64,000 nt of DNA from positions 62,001-126,000 of the forward strand of contig JAAILG010000182.1 in NCBI GenBank assembly GCA_012026655.1, written 5' to 3'. Shown here in pieces: positions 12,101-24,100 of this stretch (within the stretch, counting starts at the first letter, position 1; each line of letters starts with the position of its first letter). The notes beneath the pieces were generated by a model. That model had not been told where the DNA came from and did no database searches. It saw nothing but the letters and a program-made list of their open reading frames with translations. The translations under genes and the position numbers were made by a program. The stretch is from Hydrolagus affinis. Taxonomy: Eukaryota.

Positions 12101-15100
12101 TCATGGAGTGGAAGCCCGTTTTTGTTAGGTGCACACATTACCTTCCATCCTCCCCCACATCTTCTCTGTTCCTCTTCACTGCAATCTTGAACAATGTCTG
12201 GTCATTTGTTTTGCTCCATCTCCTGTGTGATGATGACTCTTTGTTTGGATCAATGGTAAAAGGCATGCCTAGCCTCATGAAACCTGGATTTCAACCAAAT
12301 GATCTGGTCAGCCTGTGAGTTGGAGTGTGAATGTACATGCTGTTTTTCTCCCACACATTTCCTTGTGCTAGAGTTCTGCAGTGCCAATGTCTTATTAAAT
12401 CAACAGTCGTGCAAATGAAGACCAGTGCGCTGCTTCACATTCTACTACTTGCGACTGTGAAAGCAAATTGAGCATGACAGGGGCAGGCTGCAGCTTTAGG
12501 CAATAAGTGAAGATGGACTGAAGTACAGATTGCAGGTACAGGCAATGTCCAGCAAGTAGAGCTGAATCCCACCACCTGGGTTGAATCTCCTTTGTTTGGA
12601 TCAATGTTCTCTTATCTCCTGACTATTAGCTATTCAGCCCCTTGGCTTCCATCGGATCACAATGATTATTAATTGCGCCACAGGACTGATCTGTGTCTGG
12701 TTTCTTTTAGCCTGTCCAAGACACCAAGGTCCCAGAGCCTGAGTGTAGATTTTAAATAAACCCAATTAACCAGACATTATTCTCTTTGGTATGTAAATGA
12801 AACTCCATCTCTGCTCCTTGTGCAGGTTGACTTTGAGAGAGTCCAATGTTTTAATCAAAATGATCTAGAGCCTCTCTTTTTTTGAGAACTGGAGTGATTT
12901 TATTCTTACACCCATTCCCCGAATAAACCATTTTTCTCTCTCACCCACTGTGCTTTCATCACTCGCTCCCTCAACAAAACATCTCTTATTGACATATTGT
13001 GTGGGGGCACAGAGTCCGGCCTCACACTGGTGTGCTTTTTGGGGGTTATTGGTACACCTCTCAGTATCCATCACTGTACCTCCACAGGTACTCTTAATCC
13101 CTTTTTAAGTTTGTGCTTTAATGTGACTGTGTATCTCGGTTTAGTGCAGCGTGGCATAGAGTGGCACTGATGGGATATGGGATCAGCTTCTTACTCTTGT
13201 CCCACACTGATCCTACCTGCATGACAGTGAATCGACAGATGGGGGAAGAGATATTTAGAAGGACCTGTGAGCTTGGAGCAAGAATTAATTAAGCAGGAAG
13301 CTATCCCATCTTCTAGACGTCATCCATGTTAGAAAGAGCCAGGCTTTTGTTCTGCCGACTGGGGCTATGAACTTTAATCGGCTTTGCAATGTTGTGTAAA
13401 GGCATACACCGGTTACATTGTGGTACAGAGGTCACCGCAAGCAGAGTTCAGCATATTAAATACAGTAGGTGTTTCACTTCATTGAGCTTTCATTGTTCAT
13501 GTCAAACAGCACCATCGGACATTAAGTGCAGCCATTGTGTGCATTTTAAATAGTTCAGATTGCAACCTCTGAACCCTGGAGGGTGCAAGCCAGCCACCCG
13601 GCACACTGTGAATGTCACCGTTATGTGGCACTAATATCGATCGCAAAGCCCGAATAACTGGAATATTTCAGCAGCGGGATCACTTAGGGGAAAAAAGAGC
13701 TGAACAGGCGCAGGCGCCTGTGGGAAGGAATTCCGGCGGTTTTATCCCTCTCACTGGCTTATTGTGTCCCTTTTAAATCTCCTTTCACAACATTAGTTTC
13801 CAGTTGCTGTGAAGGCTTTTTAACCAAATGTCCTTGACTCCCTCTTTTTTAATTCAATTGCTTCTGGTCCAAATCAGTTTGGGGAAAATGCAAAACAGAT
13901 GAGACGTTTTTCAGGTGCACAAAACAGCTCAGAGCAGCCCAGTGACACAGACAGATATGTAAAACCCAGACTCAGTATGTTTAATGTCATTAATAGCTGA
14001 AATACTAGCCCTCACACTAAATAATAATAATAATCCTTCCATTTGACATAGCGTCTTAGCACGTCTCAAAGTGCTTTGCAGGATATATTGTAAAGTGGGT
14101 TGAGTATTTGTGTGGGCGAAACACGGAAGACAATCGCGTACAGCAGTGTCCCACAAACAGTCGTGGATTCAATGACCCTAATTTGGAGGAAAGTGATCTG
14201 CCAATTCAATAACAACCAGATTCCTGCTTACTGCTAGGTAAACAGAGGCACATCGAGTAAGGAAACTCGCCTAAGGTTTTGTCGGGCAGGCTGTCAGCCA
14301 TTCTGCCCTCTCTCCCAGAAACACCCTTCCTCTAACTCACTCATTCCCTCAGTTTAAGGTCCATCTCACAACGTACCTCTTGGACTATGCTTTCAGTCAT
14401 CTTTTCCTCCCACCTCCTGGTTAGGTGCCTAGCCAATAGTATCGAACGCTTTGAGATGTCCTCCCAATATGGAAGGCTCTGTATAAATGTGTAGTGTACT
14501 TATAGCTTAATTTCTAAAAATGTTGTGAATATGGAACTCAAGTGGAGAGGGAGGGAAAGGTCAGTACAGACTGTCCAGTAAAATAAAATATTCGCCTAGA
14601 AATCACATCATTCTACATTAAAATCCTACAATAACTTTGAGACACTTTGACGATCTGATAAGGCACTATACCAAATGCATGATTATTATTGTAAAGCACA
14701 TCACACAATGCTTTCATCCTCAAGTTACTCATACAACATGGGATAATCCCATCGCTTGAAGTGACTGACTGAAACATGTCGTTCAAATTCTGTCATGCTT
14801 TTGATGAAAGACTTATTGCATCTCACCTTAAAAGCTTTTTGAAAAAAAAGGCCCAGTGTGCGGGCACCCTGGAGGAGATCCATTATTTAGATGGAAAGCA
14901 CAAAAAGCTTTACAATTTGAAAATTAGTCATCGGTTGATTCAGCTGTCAGTGTGCAGTGAATTGCACATTACGGGAGAGGGGGTGTCATCTTAAACAGGA
15001 CTTGGAAAGGGGTATCGTACGGTCCAAGGGAACTGGAGGGAAACTGGAGAGAAAAGGCTTGCCAGGCTGAAACACTGAAGTGTTAGTCATGTGCTCTGTG

Positions 15101-18100
15101 TTTCTTCTCTCCTCACTTCTAACTTTCCTGTTTAGCTTGCATTCATACAGTGGCACTCATGTAGGTTTGTGTTACAATGTCCAGGGTTGGGACATTGTGT
15201 TGGGACATTTAGTAGGGCACAGGGTGGAAGAAGGCAGAGGTAATAATAAGTGCGATCGGAAGGTCAGGTATCTAAGCAAGATTTAAAGACCAATAGAAAC
15301 CGTCTGAAGCTAGTTTGTTGTTACCCAATAATCTTCTTCGTATCTATTGTTCTCTGCTTCATTGTTATACTTTTCATTTCACCGTGATGAGGATTTTTCC
15401 TTTTAAAATTGTTTAGTTAACTGATGCCTTACACTTGCATCTCACATACCAGAGGTCTTAGGAGGATACGTTCATTCTGTAGCTTAAGGGCCTTTTCTCT
15501 CCCACCCTCATTGTGTCCATACGTTACTCAATTGTATCGAGGGTTTCCGAGGGGCTTTCATTGCCTTGGAAGAGAAGTTCCCTCGTGACTGATGGAGCTC
15601 ATTGCAATGATTGAAGGTTTACTTTTGGTTGAGGTGAACCGAAGAGGGAAAATCTTCCCCCACCAAAAAAAAATCCCTGTACAAATGTTTTGATTAAGGC
15701 CAGCATGTGTCTTGTTGGATGATAGCATTGGAGTGCTCCTCATCACACTAACTGTGAGAGAGTGCAGGAAATCTCGTGCTTGGGACGTACTCCTGATGTG
15801 AAAGGCTCTATACAAACGTCATTTGTTGTTGTTTGTTTAGCCCCCCCACCCGCCACCCACCCACCACTTGCATCCCTTAGGAAGTCGTCCAAAACATCAT
15901 TGTGTCGAGTATCAAGCGATATAGTAAAGTCAGCAGTGAGAGGCAGGACATGTTTGCTCTGGAAGATGAACAAGAGGGTTCTTATTTCATTTTTCTTCCC
16001 TTTTCGGCGAGCTCAGCGAAATGGTTTACAACAATTTAAAGTTGGGTGGGTGGGAGGAGGGGGGAGCAGCCAAGCCCAAACCTGCTTTTAAGTGTAATTA
16101 CATTTTTCTAAAACAAATATTGCTGGGAAATGTGAGGTTTATGATAATGTTGCAGAGAGTTCAGACATGATTGAAGCCAGACGGTTGGGTTTCCTGTTAC
16201 AGGCTGAGGCCAGCTCTCTGCAATGATTCATGCAGCACCTCGCAGCAGTTTTTGTTGTTCACCCAAGATGCTGAGGTTTGAAGCTGACTCCGACCTGCTG
16301 CATGTCTCCCGCCCTGTCTGCCCTATCAGTGGTCAGGCAAGGTGGGGTCTATTCCCTTGAGTTTGGAAGGTTGAGGGGTGATTTGATTTAGATTTTTAAA
16401 ATAATAAATGAATTCGATAAATACAGCCAAAACTCTGGTGCGGGAATCCAGAACAAAAGGGCATAATCTTAACATTAGAGTATTGAGGAGTGAAATTAGC
16501 AGGCAGAGGCGGATAGATATTTGTTAGGTCAAGGTATCAAGGGCTATGGGGCAAGGGCAGGTATTGGACTTGAGGTACAGATCAGCCATTATTTGGTAGA
16601 ATTACAGAACAGGCTCAAGGGGCCGAATGGCCTACTCCTGTTTCTATGTTTGTAAGTGCTCTAAACATTCATTCAGTGATAGCAAAGTGGGAGTGTTTGG
16701 GTTCGGGGTGGGGAGAGAGAAAGAGAAAAATGCCAAAGAGCGTTTATCAAAAAGGTTTTATAGTCCAGAACTCCGTAACCCTGTGTTTTCTCCTATACCA
16801 GTCTCTGCGATTCCCAATGCCCATATCCTCACTCGGCTCCTCTGTCCAGCCCATTTTGAAAACTGGGAGGGTTGGTGCGTGTGTGGGTGGGTGGTGGAGG
16901 CAGTTCCAGATGGTGGTTAAGGAAGCTTCCAGAAGGAGGGGGAGAGTGGACAGTGAGCATGGAATGGTCAGCAGGTTTGCTGATGTGGGATTGTTCTGTG
17001 GGTGGTTTCACTCGCCACTCAGGAGGCCTCCGATGCTGCGAGGAATTTATGTTTTCCAGCCAGCTGATCTTCCCCCAGATGCACACAGCTGTCTGCTTCT
17101 CTCTGTTTTTTCTAGACTGCATCNNNNNNNNNNNNNNNNNNNNNNNNNNNNNNNNNNNNNNNNNNNNNNNNNNNNNNNNNNNNNNNNNNNNNNNNNNNNN
17201 NNNNNNNNNNNNNNNNNNNNNNNTGCCCCCCCCCCCCCCACACACACACACACACAGTCACAGGGCTGGTGGGAGGTCCTCCAGACCACCCAGAGTAATT
17301 CTTCCCCCATGGGCTTCTCCCTCTGTTCAATGAGGCTCTGGTTTGGAAATCGAGGCGAACCAACGTCGTATCTATAATTCTCTGCTCCAGCATTGCTTAT
17401 CTATGAGCACGATGAGAGGCTCAGAGAGCAAGATGTATAAAGTTGCTTAAAGCCTGAATCTGAGGTTGATGCTCTGCTTGTGCTGTGAGTTCAGGGTCCC
17501 TGCTGTGGCACATTTGAGCAAAATCAAAACATGTATCATTTGTGATAGATATGCAGCTGTGCGAATGTTTTTGGTGTGCGTGGAGGGAGGAAAACGTTCT
17601 GTTAATGCCATTACAGTTGGGAGTGTCAGTACAACCAAAGCACTGGGAGTAGATATCCCAAGTTGTGCTGGGTTGAAAACTCACTGTTAGCCTCCAAGGG
17701 CTGCAGAACGAAAACCAGCTGCAATTTCAAATGGTGATTGACTTTTAAAGTTGGCCGTGCAGATAGTTCCAAATGATAAACTAGTCTGATGCTGATAAAC
17801 CGAGACAGATTAGGGCAGACTAATGTGCGCAGTGGATGATTGATCACTCCAGAGCGAATGTCTGCATTAACGTGCGCCTGCATGTTCAGTGTCAGATGAC
17901 GCACAGTTGTATAGTCTGTTTTTCTAAGATGAGTAGCTAGCCAGATCAATGAGAAAAGTCTAGTGAGATTGTTGCAACCCTCAGGCCTCTTTCCTACCCC
18001 CCCCCCCTCCCCTCCCCCGCCCCCCACTGTCCAATAGTATGCATTGCTTTGGGCTGGGCTGAAGACTCACTGTTAGTCTCCAATATGGACAACAATAATA

Positions 18101-21100
18101 ATAATAATAATAATAATCCTAGCATTTGATATAGTGCTTTTCACATCTTCTAGACATCTCAAAGTGCTTCGCAGAACATACTGTAAAGTGAATTGACTGT
18201 ATATTTGTGGGTGAAACGCAGCAGCCAATTGCGCACAGCAGCATCCGACAAACATTCGTGGATTGAAATGACCACTTTTTATTATTGTGTTTTTTTGGGG
18301 GATGGATTATTATTAGGCGTGTGGAGTAAGGATCTTCTCGCTGTCTGCTGAGTGCTGCTAACCTTTGGAGGACAGTTTTGGGGCCAGTAATATGTGGGAG
18401 CAACAGAGCCGGTTTATGATTCCAGTTTTTGTGTGTTGAAGTCCACGCTAACCCTCCAAGGCCAGTCTCCATGATTCTGTATTCCATTGGGACGCATTCT
18501 GGGACGCTACCTTGTGTGAGGGGTGCTGTATGAATGCAGATTTTTCTTGTTGTTCTTCCATTACCCAGAACGAACTGTTCACCAGAGAAACAAAATGCAA
18601 ACATTGATGTGTGCAAAGTTGCTTGTTTGAAAAAGGAGGCTACAAAAAGGCTGACATTCTCCCTTTGAACAACATTGATTTTATTTGATTGTTAAATCAT
18701 TAGATGTATCGATCTGGTTGAATCTTCCTTCTGTTTTTCTGACCCTCTCTTTCGCTCTTGCTCTCCCTGTAGGTGGAACGAGACCAGATACCCCTGGGAC
18801 ACACCATCAGTCAGTTTGAAACCTGCAAAATCAGGACAATCAAAGCTGGGACATTGGAAAAGCTCGTCGAGAATTTGTTAACTGCCTTTGGGGACAATGA
18901 TTTTACTTACATCAGCATATTTCTGTCAACGTACCGTGCATTTGCCTCTACAAAAGATGTATTGGAGCTATTACTGGACAGGTGAGAATCCGTTCAATTT
19001 GTTGTTAAATAAAATCGTATGGTGGAATATGGGATTCCTCAAACTTCCGATTGTTTTTCAACAGAAAAAGTCTTTGATAACTGAGCGACTAGTAATTAAT
19101 CTCCTCTTTCCTGATGCGCTCCCTTTACGTTTCCCATCTGTTGCCTTCCCGTCCGTTTCCTGTCCTCCTGTCGCAGTCTGGACGGCAGACGTCTCCACAC
19201 GCAGACAACCACAGCGCTGCTCTCAAATGACCGCCAAGATGAGCAGACGCAGAGAAGCTTTGTGGACTGGGAATAGGTTCTGAAGCTCCTCTCTCTTTTC
19301 CTTTCCCTTTCCAATTCCCACGCCGTTCTGTTCTCTGTCGAAACAAAACCGCCCATTGGGAATATCAGAGTTCAGATGTCACTTGTGACTGAGATTCACA
19401 CGCAGGGATCCCCCCACAGGGGAGACCAGTGCTTTACTATCAGAAATATAAGAGAATGTTACCCAGCAGCTCGTAACCTTTACTGACCCTACAGATTGAA
19501 TTCACTGATATGAAATAAGATCCCATGGAGTTTCTGTTTCCTGTTGTCCTGATCAACAATCCTCCAGTTAAAAATTGTTCACGAGCTTCATGGCCATTTG
19601 TGGGACATTGCAAGTTCACTACAATATAGACAGCCACTCCACTGTGCAACATTTCTTGTGAAGCACTTTGAGACATCCTGACGGAGTGACGAGCAATATT
19701 CCAAATGCAAAGATTATTATTACCATTAATAAAAATCTGATTTGTTACGACCATTTGCTGAATTTCAAAGCAGCCAATGCAATTTCAGACCAGAAACTCA
19801 TAAGCGATACTAGCAGTAAATAAAGGATCAGTTTAAAAACCCATATAAATTTGCCACTTCCCCATCTACCTGTCAACCAGGTTTTTCAAGTTACTATTTA
19901 ACTTTGCTCCCATCTTTTCCTCCTTTTTCCCATGACACCAGCCAGCTTCCTTATCTCTCTACCCAAGTGGACTTCAGCCTTTTTTGTGACTCATACTCAA
20001 CCAAAAGGTTGTATGATCACTATACTTACTTTCTCCCACTTTGTCACCCTCCCACCAAAAAAAAATCTCAATCATCTGATCAATGGGACTGAGTAAACCA
20101 CAAACTGAATATTCTGAGGCAGACACTGGATTCAAATCCACAAACTGTTTGTAAAAGTTCAAATACACTATTAATGTCTCTGCTGCCATGGAGCCCCTTT
20201 TGGAATGTATTCTACATTTCTTTCCCAACTGTAACACAGATGTTCTTTGCCATTTTTATCCCTTTCAATAGTGTACCGTAGACTTGAAATGAGAGCGCAT
20301 TTAGGCTTTTATTTTACACAAAGTATCTCAATAAATGATCCCTTTTCTGGGCCATATGTTTCAAATCAATTTATCTCATGTCTCGAGCAATTCTGAGTCT
20401 AAATTAAGCAGACTAGTTTTGAAATGCACTGTGCATGTTTTAACGGTGACCTAGATTCACAGCAGGAGGTCTTTTCTGAAAGGTTCATTCACAGTGAAGC
20501 TGCCTGACAGCGAGTATGCAAACTGAAGCTTCAGTGGAGCGGATTAACATGCGTTAATGTGCCGACTAGTTATGGTGACAAGTTATAAGTGACTTGTTCT
20601 GGTTGGATGCAAAGGACATTGGAGGAGGGGAATTAGTCTATATAATGAGCAGCTTGATGTGCAAGTCAAGGTTTTCCTGCTGCACATTCAGCACAACAAT
20701 AAATCCTGCATGTAAGTGTTCTTTCTCACATTTTCTACGGTACAGTACAGTACTTGCTCTGCCAGTTTCTATCCTCCATGTATCAAACCTTGACAACCAC
20801 TTGGGGGCAGGAACCTGGAGAAAAGAAAATCCCAAAGTGTTCACATTGCATCATACAGTAGTAATAATCCTTACATTTGATACAGTGCCTTTCCTATTGG
20901 GAGGACGTCTCAAAACATCTGAAAACACATGATTTCACTGTTAGGTATAGTGTCTGTGTATTTGGCAAATGCAGCAGCAATATCCTACAAACAGCCATGA
21001 AGTGAATGATTTTTTTTCTCTGAATCCATTCTCTCCCCCTCCACCCCTCCCCCCACCATAAACTTATGCGGGAAACTTTCTATCAACTGCACAGAGTTTT

Positions 21101-24100
21101 GGCATTTGCATATTTAATCATGGTTTGTAATCTAATCTTGAAGTGGAACATCCTATGTAAAGCTGAATGAGGGTTAGAAATAAAGGGCAAGTTCTCTGAA
21201 TCAATGCAACTGTCTCCACCTTGAAATATTGTTTCCTGTAGTCTTGGCAAGGATTTAATGGTTTGACGTTGGTCAATTGTTCTCGCAAGACTTTGTTTAA
21301 ATAACCTAAATTGTGTTTATGGTGCTTTTGCAGATACGGAAACCTTGACTGTCCAAACTCTGAGGAAGATGGAAGTCAAAGTTCTTCCGAAACGAGAACG
21401 GTAATCAGGAAGTAAGTTGGATCCTCTGTGTGAATGAAATGTGCTTGAACCAGATACAAAAGTAAGGGAAATCGCTGGAAAGAGCATTTCCCCTTGACAA
21501 TGAATAAAAGCTTGGTCCTCATAGAAATGCATTGAACACAATTTTCATACAAAAATGACCGTATAACAGCAACACTAGCTTTGGCTCGGATTTGTAGGTT
21601 TAGAGTGGACTGTGAAATTATGGAAAGTCAAAGAAAAATACCCTCCAAACTCATCAATGAAAAATGCTTTCCGTTCGGGCAACAACAACAAATTACATTT
21701 GTATAGCACCTTTCCAGGCATTGGACAGTTAGGGATTTGGAGCTTGAGGTGGGCTGAAATATTTTACATATCAGGTTGGCCAAGGTTTCTTTTAGAAAGT
21801 GGCTAAGGTAAGTGTTTCCTTCCTCCACTCCCCACTTTTCCTATAAATTCCATGTGTTTGAGAGTTGTGATCAACTTGTAACCAAGTGGTGCAGCCATAA
21901 ACTTCTGAATTGGTCCATATCCCCATTGTACCCTGTGGCTGCACATTACTGTTAAGCTTCTGGTGTTTCCCCCCACCCTCCCCCTTTTGCTGGTTTCATC
22001 AGCAAAGTGTCTTTCAATTAGGTCTGCCCTAAATAAATCCATCAGCATAAAGTTATGGGTGAAGAAAACCTCCTGAACCTCCCCTGAATACTCGCTCTGC
22101 TCTAAAAAAAAGTGATGGGAAATGCAGTTCATTTTGGTTGTTCATTTTGTAGCTGTTTGTGGGATGCTGCTGTGCACTAATTTGCTGCCGTGTTCTCTTT
22201 CAAAATAAACAGTCACTTGGCCTCACGGTAAATCCTGTAAAGCACTTTGAGATATCCGCAAGTGCAAGGATTATTGCTATATTCCAGCATTACTTCAGTG
22301 TGCCTGTTGAATGATTTGGTTGCCTAATTCTTGTCTTTGCTTACAACGTGTAAGCTTATTGCTGCCCAGTGCATTGGTTGCAACCAATCATTGCTGGACC
22401 TCACCCAACTTGCTCTAAGTAGTAATAATAAATAATCCTTGAATTGATATTCACATCAGGAGGATGACTCAAAATGCTTCGCTGTGAAGAGCAGCAAATG
22501 TTTCTGTAGGCGAACATCACTGTCAACTTTGGCACAGCAGTGTCCCCCACAAACAAGCCTTGAAACAAAATGCAAAGTCAACTTCTGACATTCTCCCTGA
22601 GTTCCCCCTGTCTGTTCCAGACTGGTGTGAAATGGGTCGGTGGAACTTGAAAGAGGCAGATTAAGTCCGCCGGAGCTTTTGAAAAGTTTTTCAAACAAAC
22701 TTGATCTGACATGTTTGAAATGCGCCCACGTCGGGGAGAGGAGGAGAAGGAAAATAAGAGCAGGACTGAGCACAGTTGAAACCAGACGCTGCCTGCCTGC
22801 CAGCTAGCCTTCCCTCCATTTCTCAACAGGGGGCTACATCTGCTGCCTGCAATATGCAAGCCTCCACTCTCCTGCTTACTGGGGTTAGCGTTTATTATCT
22901 TTCTGCAATTTCAGCTGGAAAGTGCTTTCGCAAGATGTCAGCAATTTAGGTTTAAGTTGAAACCGAGCCGAGTCCAGCAAAGCAGTGTAATTAGGAACTC
23001 TCCAGCACTCCTCAGCGCAGTGCGTCCCATATGCTAACACTTTCTCCAGTGCCGCTGCGTCCAAGGGTATTTTCAGGCGTTGCGGCTGTTGCAAATGATG
23101 CCTTCAGAGATGGAGAGGAATGATAATAACTCGCTCCGCTAAATAATGGAGCGTGGTGTAGCTGATTAGAGGTTTCAGAGGTGCTCGGTGGGGACGTACT
23201 CATTTGTTGATGAATGTGTTTGAGACCGGGGTATGCTCCGCTGGGACCATCACCAGAGCGACAGAAAGCTGTGGGCCAAGTACTCCAGACGGCACAACAT
23301 TGACTAAATGCTTCCAGATTGCGAGCCAGCCGGGCATGTTCTCCCGAGGGTGAGCAACATGCTCCCAGCCAGGAGACGCATCACGTGGGCAGGTCCACTC
23401 TGTCCTGATCTCTGGATTGATTTTCTTTTCATTCCCTGGAGGGAGGATAACTTGTGTAACAGCCCTGAACAACCTTTCAAGGAACTCCCTACGCTCCGTG
23501 ACTCCGCAAACAAGTATTGGATTCTGTTTGATTCAGGATCACTTTGAGATCATCTTTCTACTGCTGACCGCTAAGGAGGTCTCTTTGGTGCTATTACCAC
23601 GAAAGCACAGTGGAGAGGAGATTAGAGAGCAAGTGTCCGAACCAATAAAATATGCTGTTACTTGCAATCGTACTTCAAATCATTTAGCTGACACTGGTCG
23701 GTGTCAGAGTTAATCATGTGTCTGTACCCACCGTGGGTGCAAAGCCCAACTTAAGATTGCTTTGGGGGGGAAGAAAGCCCTTTGCCCCATCTGATATCAT
23801 CCTTTCCCCTCAGAACACCCATCACTGGAACACACTCCCTCAATCCCTCTGCCTTGCCCCCTTCTTCCCATTTTCAGGTTGCATCTGGCGACCTTTTTCT
23901 TCACCAAGTTTACGGTCACCCCCCACTCTGCGTCGTGCTCCGCCAGTGTTAAGCGCTCTGGGGTGCTTCCCTGGGTGAGGGGAGCTATGTAAACGCAAAT
24001 TGTTGTTATATTTCCATCTACTGTCACAGCATCATACTGTCTTGGGTTTTAAATGAACCAGCATCCTGGCCTCAACCATCATCCATCCAGGATACCTATT

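Noticed and set aside
16646-17377. 243-aa ORF and overlapping ORFs
   Set aside because: They read through the 100-N gap and low-complexity sequence; no recognisable domain.
20522-20535. Perfect 14-bp palindrome actgaagcttcagt
   Set aside because: A few such palindromes are expected by chance in 64 kb (about 64000/4^7).
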